Source of the DNA: a virus | Taxonomy: Duplodnaviria; Caudoviricetes | Reading direction: 5' to 3' (one strand) | IMG/VR virus record: IMGVR_UViG_3300047550_001096 | Coordinates: 1 to 61,162 of that record | Length of the DNA: 61,162 bases | In this document: piece after piece, positions 1 through 7,810 of the stretch | Layout of the letters: the number at the start of each line of letters is the position of its first letter | How positions within the stretch are numbered: position 1 is the first letter of the stretch | Translations under genes and position numbers: made by a program | The notes under the pieces: generated by a model | What the model saw: only the letters and a program-made list of their open reading frames with translations | Told to the model about the DNA's origin: nothing | Databases searched by the model: none

Positions 1-1040
1 GTTTCTGCTTCACGATCTTTATTATGTATCATGTAGTAGTTATGATCCATTGAATAAGATAGAGCAGAATATTGGTTATGTAAACATTCTCCAAATTTAA
101 ATATATTTTCACCAACGGGGGTCATTGTTTTAAAACTAGTTCTTAGTTCAATAACATTGCCTCCTTTTTTCATATATAAACAATTAGCAATGCCTGAAGA
201 TGTTACAGATATTAAAGTTTTTACTTCTGTCATAAATTTTATTTGTTCTGCAATAGATTCAAAATCATTTTCTGGAATAACTATCTCAAAACCATTATCT
301 TTTAAAAACTCTTCAAGCATTGTTTCATTTACCATTCTTGGTTTCAATGGATCTTTAACTGGAAAATTAGAATGATCTGGATTTGATTGCCAATAGTTTA
401 TTACGTTTTTATCCTTTTCAGATCTTCCAATATACACTTTTCTAAATGGTTCAATGTCGCTTCCGTAATTATCTTGTATAAATTGATTAAAGTCAAGCAA
501 AGAATTTTCAGTTTGTTTAAGCTGAGAAGAATAATCTTGATATAAAATAAAGTTATTTACTAAAACATAATCATAATTATTTGAATCAATAATCTTATAA
601 TCAATGTTATTTAAATTAAAGAATTTTTCATAAAGATTAACAAAGCTGTTCATTCCATATCTATTTATATTAGCAATATCCAACACCAATTGAACATCTT
701 TATTTGACAATAAATGCTGAATTCTATAAAAACAAATAAAAGAATCAGTAACTACATGAAACATTCCTAAACCAACGGCCATAACTATTTTTTTCTTATC
801 TGATCTTATGTCTATTCCAACTTTGTTTGGTGGAATTTCGCAAGGTCGTTCACATTTATGTTCAGTTGGATTACTATAACCAGAGCAATTCCCAATTACT
901 TGATTGATATGATCATGTCTATAAAAATGTCCAAAGTCTTGAAACAATAAAGCTATATCTTGATCACTAAAATCTTTATCAGTTAAAGTTTCATATTTGT
1001 CATCAGGAAACTCTGTATATAGATCAGTGATCGTAAACAT
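1..1040 (-). CDS. Glycosyltransferase family 61 (DUF563-like) protein, 3' end runs off the window
   Basis: Not in the ORF track; hand-translated from ATG at 1040 (TAATG overlap with the upstream stop) and open to base 1. Contains RKVYIGR...RMVNETMLEEFLKDNGFEIVIPE...EQIKFMTEVKTLISVTSSGIANCLYM..GGNVIEL, the typical GT61 core pattern. Confidence 0.8.
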   Translation of the reverse strand, partial: MFTITDLYTEFPDDKYETLTDKDFSDQDIALLFQDFGHFYRHDHINQVIGNCSGYSNPTEHKCERPCEIPPNKVGIDIRSDKKKIVMAVGLGMFHVVTDSFICFYRIQHLLSNKDVQLVLDIANINRYGMNSFVNLYEKFFNLNNIDYKIIDSNNYDYVLVNNFILYQDYSSQLKQTENSLLDFNQFIQDNYGSDIEPFRKVYIGRSEKDKNVINYWQSNPDHSNFPVKDPLKPRMVNETMLEEFLKDNGFEIVIPENDFESIAEQIKFMTEVKTLISVTSSGIANCLYMKKGGNVIELRTSFKTMTPVGENIFKFGECLHNQYSALSYSMDHNYYMIHNKDREAE

Positions 1041-1291
1041 TAGTTATGACTTCCAACTAATCTATTTTCAATTAGACGATCTCTTTCATCAACTATTTCA
1101 AGCATAAAGGCCATCATTTTAGTATAAGAGTCTGGATTATTCATAATTTTTTCATAATGGTGTCCACAAAACATTAGTTCTCCTGTAGATCCTTTTACTA
1201 ATACATAGGCCTGAGCACTACACCTATCACATCTATCAACTGCTTTTAAAATATACTCTTTAGGACTACTTTCTTCAAGTGTAGTATTCAT
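1040..1291 (-). CDS. Small Cys/His (probable zinc-binding) protein of a type conserved in actinobacteria
   Basis: DRCDRCSAQAYV...GELMFCGHH motif; TATAAT 6 nt upstream of the ATG. Confidence 0.7.
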   Translation of the reverse strand: MNTTLEESSPKEYILKAVDRCDRCSAQAYVLVKGSTGELMFCGHHYEKIMNNPDSYTKMMAFMLEIVDERDRLIENRLVGSHN

Positions 1292-1304
1292 ATCTTAATT
1301 ATAT

Positions 1305-1478
1305 CTACTTTCTGTTGTCTGTTGAATAAAAACCACTACCCTTAAATTGTACACCAAATGATCCCCATTGTCTAATCATGTTTGTGTTACAACATGTTGG
1401 CTCTCTATCTTCTCCAAATCCCCTTTCAAATTCTATTTGTGTAGAACATATGCCACACTTATAGTCATATTTTGGCAT
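1305..1478 (-). CDS. FmdB-family zinc-ribbon protein (57 aa)
   Basis: Below the ORF-track cutoff; hand translation MPKYDYKCGICSTQIEFERGFGEDREPTCCNTNMIRQWGSFGVQFKGSGFYSTDNRK has the MPxYxYxCxxC start and FKGSGFYxTD end. Confidence 0.85.
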   Translation of the reverse strand: MPKYDYKCGICSTQIEFERGFGEDREPTCCNTNMIRQWGSFGVQFKGSGFYSTDNRK

Positions 1479-2077
1479 TATTTAACCTGTTGTGTTTTTC
1501 CAGCGCCACCTGCAGTTTTCTTTTTAGATGACTTTTTTTCATATGCTGTTTTTGCTGCATCTGCAGTTTTATATACAGCGCCATAGTTTGGTCTGCCCCA
1601 TCCAACAACTGCATTTACTAATCCTTTTCCATTCTTTTTCTCATATGCACGAGTTTTACGAAGAACCATTCCGCCATTTCTTTGATCACCTTTAGGACCA
1701 GATGTGTTTCCTTCAATTGTATCTATTGTTCCATCGCCATTATTTTTTACTACAATTCCTACATGGGATATTCTTGCTACCCCGTCATCTGGAAAATCAA
1801 AGTAAACTATGTCCCCTGGAATTGGATCATCTTTTCTGGCATCAAACCAACGCCCCATTTTTTTAAACGCCTGTGCACCAGCAACTGTAGATACAGTGTT
1901 TGGTATCTTTACTCCAGCCTGGTTAGCACACCACATAACAAAGCTACCACACCATGGTTGAAAATTTACGCCAGTAAACTTTCCATATTTTGTTTCATTA
2001 TCTTTAGGACCTTCAATAGTTCCTACTTCTTTTTTTGCAACTTCAATTAATAAAGCTGCAGTATTTTTTCCTGCCAT
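1478..2077 (-). CDS. CHAP-domain peptidoglycan hydrolase (endolysin)
   Basis: PWCGSFVMWC, PGDIVYF, SHVGIV and IEGNT motifs (catalytic Cys/His). Start moved to MAGK (2077) behind the RBS AAAGGAG. Confidence 0.85.
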   Translation of the reverse strand: MAGKNTAALLIEVAKKEVGTIEGPKDNETKYGKFTGVNFQPWCGSFVMWCANQAGVKIPNTVSTVAGAQAFKKMGRWFDARKDDPIPGDIVYFDFPDDGVARISHVGIVVKNNGDGTIDTIEGNTSGPKGDQRNGGMVLRKTRAYEKKNGKGLVNAVVGWGRPNYGAVYKTADAAKTAYEKKSSKKKTAGGAGKTQQVK

Positions 2078-2108
2078 AATATCTCCTTTAGACATATCAA
2101 TTATAGCA

Positions 2109-2384
2109 TTAAGCTGTCTTTTTGCTTAATCTAAAATGTGTTCTTATTCTATGGCAATTTGCACATACAACTTCACATTTAGCAATCTCTTTTAATATTG
2201 CTTTCCAAGAAAATCCATCATGAATCATTCTTGAAACATTATACTTTTTATCTTTTAAATGATCAAAATCTAAAACAATATGATTTTTAATTCCGCAGTC
2301 CACACATCCACTTGCCTCTTTAATTTCTCTAAGGCGTTTTTTATATTGCTGCTTAGTCTTTTGTGCTAATTCTTTTTCAGTCAT
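2109..2384 (-). CDS. HNH-family endonuclease
   Basis: CVDC...LDFDH...CEVVCANCHRIRT. Confidence 0.8.
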   Translation of the reverse strand: MTEKELAQKTKQQYKKRLREIKEASGCVDCGIKNHIVLDFDHLKDKKYNVSRMIHDGFSWKAILKEIAKCEVVCANCHRIRTHFRLSKKTA

Positions 2385-2413
2385 AGCAATTAATATTATA
2401 TCAAATAATTATT

Positions 2414-2495
2414 AAGCCCCGCATGGGAATTCAAGCACAATGGCCCGATTTATAAAATGGGTAACTAATCCATCCCAAGGCCCATGCGGGGACTT
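2414..2495 (-). ncRNA. Candidate structured small RNA (~80 nt), family unknown
   Basis: Perfect 11-bp terminal stem CCCCGCAUGGG/CCCAUGCGGGG with two internal hairpins. TATAAT at 2498-2503 lies just upstream. No ORF. Confidence 0.55.
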
Positions 2496-2508
2496 CTATT
2501 ATATCGCT

Positions 2509-2931
2509 TTACTTGATCTTAATAGTTTTAGGTTTCTTCTCTTCTGGAAGAATCCTATCTACATGAATGTGTAACATGCCATCTTTCATCTCAGCACCAG
2601 TTACTTCCATGTATTCTCCAAGAGCAAATGTACGAGTAAACTTACGAGTTGCAATACCCTTGTGGATAACTTTCTCTTCAGTTTCATCAGTTACAATTTC
2701 ACCCTTAACAATAAGAGTTCCATCTTCAACTTTAACCTCTACATCATCTTTAGAGAAACCAGCAACAGCAACTGATACACGATATGTATCATCATCAATT
2801 TTGACAATATCATAAGGTGGATATGATTGCTTTATTGCATGTGTGTGTATATTATTTAAACGCTCCAATTCACGATTGAAGCCAATAAAAAAAGGATCTT
2901 TGAAAAGATCCATAGCAAATGAACTTACCAT
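2509..2931 (-). CDS. Small heat-shock protein (Hsp20/IbpA-like)
   Basis: YPPYDI, VAVAGF, HKGIATRKFTRTF and AEMKDGML alpha-crystallin motifs. Start placed at MVSSF (2931) behind AAGGAG. Confidence 0.95.
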   Translation of the reverse strand: MVSSFAMDLFKDPFFIGFNRELERLNNIHTHAIKQSYPPYDIVKIDDDTYRVSVAVAGFSKDDVEVKVEDGTLIVKGEIVTDETEEKVIHKGIATRKFTRTFALGEYMEVTGAEMKDGMLHIHVDRILPEEKKPKTIKIK

Positions 2932-2998
2932 TTTATTCTCCTTTTCAGCGAGTTTCATTTATGTACCCCCTTTTGGCAGGTACATATTTATTATAGCA
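2932..2998 (-). promoter_or_regulatory. hsp20 promoter (TGCTATAAT) and ROSE-like 5' UTR
   Basis: Extended -10 at 2990-2998; hairpin UAUGUACC/GGUACAUA; CUC(G)CU-GAAA-AGGAG hairpin sequestering the SD. Confidence 0.65.
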
Positions 2999-3003
2999 TA
3001 TAG

Positions 3004-3204
3004 CTATGCAAGTTTCAACTTAACACATACCATGCATGGATCTCCACCATCTTCCCATGCCTGAGACTCTTCCTCAGTCATGTATGGGTCTCCATCATGG
3101 GTGCTGCAAAATGGCTCAGTGACCCAACCACGATCAATCCCATTTTGAAGCCATATTTCAAATTCTTTTACTTCTGTATCAATTCTAAATTCTTCATCAA
3201 ACAT
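3004..3204 (-). CDS. Hypothetical protein (Cys/His-containing)
   Basis: Fills the gap in gene order; TATAAT 6 nt upstream of the ATG; FCSTHDGDP...DPC. Confidence 0.75.
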   Translation of the reverse strand: MFDEEFRIDTEVKEFEIWLQNGIDRGWVTEPFCSTHDGDPYMTEEESQAWEDGGDPCMVCVKLKLA

Positions 3205-3219
3205 ATTAAAATTATACCT

Positions 3220-3741
3220 TTATTTGCTCAAAAAGTCAATAGGATACAAACAATGTGGGCTATATAAAATAGCAGCATCTAAAGCTGAAATCAGCCTACG
3301 CTTTGGATCTTTATAGTTTTGGGTAGCATGTAAAGAACCCATTGCGTAGGCCGATCCAGAACCTATGGCAGCAAAATTTGTGTCATAGGAAATCATTGTT
3401 AAATTGACTGATTCGTGTTCATACATTCTGCCTTTAACACATATCAATAATGTTAAATCAGAATCTTTTTCTGCTGGCATACCCCATTTTTCATAAAACT
3501 TTTTAATTTCTTCAAGGAATTTACCACGCATAAATTTATCAATATTGCCCTCTGGCTTTGGGGGTATAAAATTATTTTGAATTATCTGACCTTCAAGAGT
3601 TCCACAATATCCAAATAAATAGTCTCCAGATTTCCATATTTTTGGAATATCTGATTTCATTTGTTGTGATTCATCTACAACGGCTCTTTCACCAGCCATA
3701 TAAGCTTTACCGTCTTTTATTATTGCAGCAATACAAGTCAT
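3220..3741 (-). CDS. HslV/proteasome-beta-like Ntn-hydrolase
   Basis: N-terminal M-T-C-I-A (Thr nucleophile position), PKI, and AAIGSGSAYAMGSL. Confidence 0.75.
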   Translation of the reverse strand: MTCIAAIIKDGKAYMAGERAVVDESQQMKSDIPKIWKSGDYLFGYCGTLEGQIIQNNFIPPKPEGNIDKFMRGKFLEEIKKFYEKWGMPAEKDSDLTLLICVKGRMYEHESVNLTMISYDTNFAAIGSGSAYAMGSLHATQNYKDPKRRLISALDAAILYSPHCLYPIDFLSK

Positions 3742-3762
3742 GCTTACCCCTTTGACTTATAT

Positions 3763-3791
3763 AGTATACCGTAAGATTTAGTGTCTGTCAA
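3763..3791 (-). promoter_or_regulatory. Housekeeping-sigma-type promoter for the Ntn-protease gene
   Basis: TTGACA-17 nt-TATACT on the minus strand. Confidence 0.75.
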
Positions 3792-3822
3792 AAGAGAAAG
3801 GGAGCAGATTTCTCCGCTCCCC
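3790..3822 (-). terminator. Intrinsic terminator after the surface-protein gene
   Basis: GGGAGCGG-AGAAAU-CUGCUCCC followed by UUUCUCUUUU. Confidence 0.75.
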
Positions 3823-3840
3823 ATCTCATATATTGAGATT

Positions 3841-4959
3841 TTATGCTACAGGCTTGAACTTATATTTCTTAGCCATAACATTATATTTCTTCTTCAAGGC
3901 AATTAGAGCCTTATTAAGAGAATCAATTTGTGCAGTCAGGCTAGCCATGGCAACCTTAGCATCTGCTAGAGCCTTCTCAGAGTCAGCAAGAGCCTTATCT
4001 GAGGCAACCTTAGCAACTACGGCTTCTGCCTTTAGCTTGGCAATTTCTGCGTTAGCTACTACAAGATCAGAAGCAGCCTTTGCAGCAGCAGTATCAGCAG
4101 CAACCTTATCAGCAGCACGTGCAGCCTTTTCAGCAGCAAGTGCATCTTGTGCAGCCTTCAGTTCTGCCAAGAGATCACGAACTGCAACAGTCTTAATTAC
4201 AAGACCTACAGGCGATGTAAGACCAAGATATGCTGGAGCTACAGTTGCAGTAGCAACTAGCGTAACTGTTCCAGATGCTGGAATTACAATGTCAGTTGAC
4301 TTAGTTCCAATAACTGTTGTAGCAGTTGTTGAACTATCAGTAGTCAATGCAGTTGATGTTGATGTAGTTGTAATAACTTGTAGGTTAATAACAGATCCAC
4401 CCTTTGGATTTCCAAATACGTCAAATCCTGCTACTGTTACCTTTTCATTGGTTCCTGCAGCAGCAGTTGCTGGAGCAGTCAAAGTAATTGAGTTAAGGGC
4501 ACCTGCGGTAGCCTTAAAATAATATGTTGTTGTATTACCAGCAATAGAAACAGATACAGAACCATCAGTTGCTAGAGTTGTAAATACATAAAAATCAAGA
4601 GTTGTTCCTGTACCAGTATTTAGCGAAAGTGATGAAGAACCACTTGAAGCAGTTACTGGAACAGTTGATGTGGCAAGTGCTGAAACAATACGACCATTTG
4701 TTGCTGTAGCTGTTGCTACTGTATTGTTAAGCAAACCACTAATAGAAATTTGCAAAGCATCAGCAGAGTCTACACTGTTATCTGCTGGTACTGGCAATGA
4801 GGCTGGATTAGCAGCCGTTAGCCCTACGCCTGCACCAAGAGATGATCCGCCAACCTTTAGAGTTGCGGTTCCACTTGTTGCATTGGCAGGAATTACTGTC
4901 AATGTGCCCAATGTCATGGTTGCAACCACAGCAAGAGCTACCTTCTTAAATGAATTCAT
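3841..4959 (-). CDS. Secreted/cell-surface protein (signal peptide, Thr/Ala-rich Ig-like region, C-terminal coiled coil)
   Basis: MNSFKKVALAVVATMTLGTLTVIPANA signal peptide with AxA site; DVFGNP Ig-like turn; A/K/D heptad coil and basic tail. RBS AAGGAG before 4959. Confidence 0.75.
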   Translation of the reverse strand: MNSFKKVALAVVATMTLGTLTVIPANATSGTATLKVGGSSLGAGVGLTAANPASLPVPADNSVDSADALQISISGLLNNTVATATATNGRIVSALATSTVPVTASSGSSSLSLNTGTGTTLDFYVFTTLATDGSVSVSIAGNTTTYYFKATAGALNSITLTAPATAAAGTNEKVTVAGFDVFGNPKGGSVINLQVITTTSTSTALTTDSSTTATTVIGTKSTDIVIPASGTVTLVATATVAPAYLGLTSPVGLVIKTVAVRDLLAELKAAQDALAAEKAARAADKVAADTAAAKAASDLVVANAEIAKLKAEAVVAKVASDKALADSEKALADAKVAMASLTAQIDSLNKALIALKKKYNVMAKKYKFKPVA

Positions 4960-4986
4960 TTTTCTCCTTGTTTGTATATTCATTAT

Positions 4987-6771
4987 TTATATTAATTTAT
5001 ATTCCCCAAGATATTCCTGAACATCGTCAGGAATTTTCTTAGAATCTAATTCTACCATAGCCCTTTGCTTTTCTGCAAGTCGGCTAGCAGAACTCCAAGT
5101 ATGAACGTCTATTTCTATATTAGAATCTCTACTTGTATGTGATATTGCTCCGAATACCGCCCCACAAACGGCATCTGCTAAGTCCTTAGATTTTTTACGT
5201 GGATGATCTACCCTTTTACCATTGTCTGTTATTTTTAATTCTGACATTTCTTCTAGTAAAAGAGGAATCATAGGTATAGCAATTCTTTCTTCATATATCA
5301 TCATTGCTAAATCTTCATAATGTTTTTTAGCAACTGATACGGTATCTGTTCTTATTCCTACCGCCTTTAATTCCTGCTGAATATCAAAGGACTGCCAGCG
5401 GTCAAATGTAACCATACCAATATTGAAACCTTCTCTACGAAGATTAATAATCCAGTTTTTAACTTCAGATAGATTTACTGGACCCTCTACCTTTGGCTCC
5501 CACCAAACAACTGCATCCACAACAACTATAGGAGCAACCTGGTTATAATCTTTAATTACCTGAACATTTACCCATCTTTCAACATGTGCAATTGAAACAG
5601 CACACTTGTCATGTTTTTGTGCAAGGTCAGCGTGGATATAGTAAACTTTTTCTGGATCTGGTTTAAAAGCTGGATCAAATCTTTTATGATTATCAATAGG
5701 GTTCCTAAGAGTCATACATTTTTCTAATTTTTCTTTTTGTTTAAAAAAAGCATCTGAAGAATATGTTGGGGTACATAAGAAACGCATCATTGCATCACCC
5801 ATATCATTTAAAAATGCAATTTTAAAATCATCAATCTTTCTAGTAGGATTTACTTCCCATGTAGGTCTTTTTAGTGCAAACATTTTAGGATATTTATATG
5901 AATTAATATGGTCTTCTTCCCATACTATTTCAAACTCATTATCTGGACCCTCTGGCAATTCTTCATTAATAATAAACTTATGTCGTCTTTCTATTACTTC
6001 TTTATCCATGATTACTTCTTCATACCGTTTTGAAATGAAGTCACCATTATAGCGAGGAAATGATAGTAAAACTATTTTGCCAAGATCTGGAAAACGAGAA
6101 TCTACAGTGCCACGAAACGCTTTATATATGTTATCTGCAGTCTTGCCTTGATCATTTCCTGTTCCCACCTCTGTAGCAAATCCAGAAATTTCATCAAGCA
6201 CTGCCATAAATAAGTTAAGACCCTCATGAGATTCTCGTTCTGAATGACCAGAATATACAGTAATTGATTTATTAAAACCAATAGAGTTTACTTTTGGATC
6301 ATATTTACCTGCAAACCATGGAGATTTTTCAATCTTTGTTTTAAATCCTTTAAAGAAAACATTTTTTGCTTGTTCTGCGTTAATAGCTACGTTAATAATA
6401 TCAATAGCATCTCCAGATGGTTTACCATAATATCTAGCAGGATCTTTTAAACAAAGCAGTTTATAAACAACATATGCACAAGCTACTGTTGATGTAAAAT
6501 CTTTTCCGCTGCCTTTTCCAAGCTGTAAGATAATTTCATTTTTTGTATATTTAGTATAATGTCTTTCTCCAGACTCTGTGCCCATGAACATTTGTAAATC
6601 TTCTTTGCGATAAATCTGACTCATAGCTTCAACAATGTCATACTGTATATTAGACAGTGGTGGCTGTCCTAAATAGTCTGGAGACTCAACAAATGTTTTT
6701 ACATCTACTGGATTCTCTTCAAATGGATTATCCTGAAGTGCTTCAAGAAAATCATTGAACATTGTGGACAA
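4987..6771 (-). CDS. terL: Terminase large subunit
   Basis: Walker A GKGSGKD, Walker B AVLDE, RNase H-like motifs HADLA, TFDRW and KDLADAV. Confidence 0.9.
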   Translation of the reverse strand: MSTMFNDFLEALQDNPFEENPVDVKTFVESPDYLGQPPLSNIQYDIVEAMSQIYRKEDLQMFMGTESGERHYTKYTKNEIILQLGKGSGKDFTSTVACAYVVYKLLCLKDPARYYGKPSGDAIDIINVAINAEQAKNVFFKGFKTKIEKSPWFAGKYDPKVNSIGFNKSITVYSGHSERESHEGLNLFMAVLDEISGFATEVGTGNDQGKTADNIYKAFRGTVDSRFPDLGKIVLLSFPRYNGDFISKRYEEVIMDKEVIERRHKFIINEELPEGPDNEFEIVWEEDHINSYKYPKMFALKRPTWEVNPTRKIDDFKIAFLNDMGDAMMRFLCTPTYSSDAFFKQKEKLEKCMTLRNPIDNHKRFDPAFKPDPEKVYYIHADLAQKHDKCAVSIAHVERWVNVQVIKDYNQVAPIVVVDAVVWWEPKVEGPVNLSEVKNWIINLRREGFNIGMVTFDRWQSFDIQQELKAVGIRTDTVSVAKKHYEDLAMMIYEERIAIPMIPLLLEEMSELKITDNGKRVDHPRKKSKDLADAVCGAVFGAISHTSRDSNIEIDVHTWSSASRLAEKQRAMVELDSKKIPDDVQEYLGEYKLI

Positions 6772-7291
6772 CTGTGATTACCTCACCCTCTCTAGCAATT
6801 GTAGATAATCTTTGCATAATTAAATCACGAACTTCTGGATGCGTTGACGCAATGTCACGAAGAATACCAACCAAAACTTCCTGTCTATGTTCAATTTCAA
6901 CCATTTCTTCAGCTAGCTCTTTATTTTCCAATAATCCCGCTTTTTGCAGCATATCAATTCGTCTTGCCTCAATATCCATTACAAGCTTAATTGCTGCAGT
7001 TTTAGCAGGTAGATTAGCGGTAGTTGTAGCATCATCTATAACTTCATATGCTTGTTGAATTAATTTTGTATAGTGTGCATCAGCTCCTACTAATGCGTCT
7101 TTTGCTCTTGCTCTAATAGCATCATTGGCAGATGCCATAGCCTTCCACTCGTTAAGGTGTGCAACAACACGAGTTCTTGGCAATGTAAGTGTCTTAGCAA
7201 TCTTTGTTGGATCATTTCCTTTAAGGTATTCTTCAACAACCTTATTAACCTCATCAAGATGTTTTACAAGTTCAATTTCTGTATCACTCAT
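6752..7291 (-). CDS. Probable terminase small subunit
   Basis: N-terminal HTH-like segment plus helical body; overlaps terL. Confidence 0.6.
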   Translation of the reverse strand: MSDTEIELVKHLDEVNKVVEEYLKGNDPTKIAKTLTLPRTRVVAHLNEWKAMASANDAIRARAKDALVGADAHYTKLIQQAYEVIDDATTTANLPAKTAAIKLVMDIEARRIDMLQKAGLLENKELAEEMVEIEHRQEVLVGILRDIASTHPEVRDLIMQRLSTIAREGEVITVVHNVQ

Positions 7292-7550
7292 ATTTTCCCT
7301 CTAGTCTATTTATTTCATCTTGAATATAAAACATAGCTTTTTTTAAATCTTCAATATGCTTATCTTCATTTTTTAAACCTGCTCTCCAAAGATATTTGAA
7401 AGCATTTCCAATATTAAAATTACGATGACGAGTAATCTGAATGCACTCTACACCAGATGGATCTGTAGTATAGTGCTCTGGATGATTTACCTGATCAACA
7501 CTAGTAACTAACTTTGTTGATTTATTCTTGTTCATCTTCATCCTCATCAA
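7284..7550 (-). CDS. DUF3310 (SaV-like) protein
   Basis: VNHPEHY...ECI...GNAFKYLWRAGLK...EDLKKAMFYI. Confidence 0.85.
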   Translation of the reverse strand: MMRMKMNKNKSTKLVTSVDQVNHPEHYTTDPSGVECIQITRHRNFNIGNAFKYLWRAGLKNEDKHIEDLKKAMFYIQDEINRLEGKYE

Positions 7551-7656
7551 AAAAATCTATTTCTTCTAATGATTTAGCAAAACTTAAAATGGTATAAGTA
7601 ACACCAATTGAAGATGCTAATAGCAATACTGAAAAAATCTTAGCAAGCTTTTTCAT
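7522..7656 (-). CDS. Small membrane protein (44 aa)
   Basis: Hand translation MKKLAKIFSVLLLASSIGVTYTILSFAKSLEEIDFFDEDEDEQE; ATGA coupling to the upstream gene. Confidence 0.6.
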   Translation of the reverse strand: MKKLAKIFSVLLLASSIGVTYTILSFAKSLEEIDFFDEDEDEQE

Positions 7657-7808
7657 CGTTTTGACTTCCTTAGTCCAAATTTAGCAAGGTATACATAGAT
7701 TGTCTCCACGCTTACCCCACATTCTTTAGCAATATCCTCTGGACTCTTTTTATCCATATGATAACGCTTTTTAAGCCATACTTCATTTGTATATAGTTTA
7801 CCAGCCAT
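7653..7808 (-). CDS. Small HTH DNA-binding protein (51 aa)
   Basis: Hand translation MAGKLYTNEVWLKKRYHMDKKSPEDIAKECGVSVETIYVYLAKFGLRKSKR; RBS AAGGAG. Confidence 0.8.
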   Translation of the reverse strand: MAGKLYTNEVWLKKRYHMDKKSPEDIAKECGVSVETIYVYLAKFGLRKSKR

Positions 7809-7810
7809 GG

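Noticed and set aside
2440-2480. preQ1-I riboswitch or tRNA reading of the structured RNA
   Set aside because: Only loose similarity (short stem, A-rich tail); no cloverleaf or T-loop consensus, and no queuosine gene downstream.
3833-4522. 229-aa plus-strand ORF, and similar antisense ORFs (4670..5020, 32770..33210, 42829..43287, 44626..45264 and others)
   Set aside because: Antisense shadows of Ala/Thr-rich minus-strand genes; no RBS or recognisable motif.
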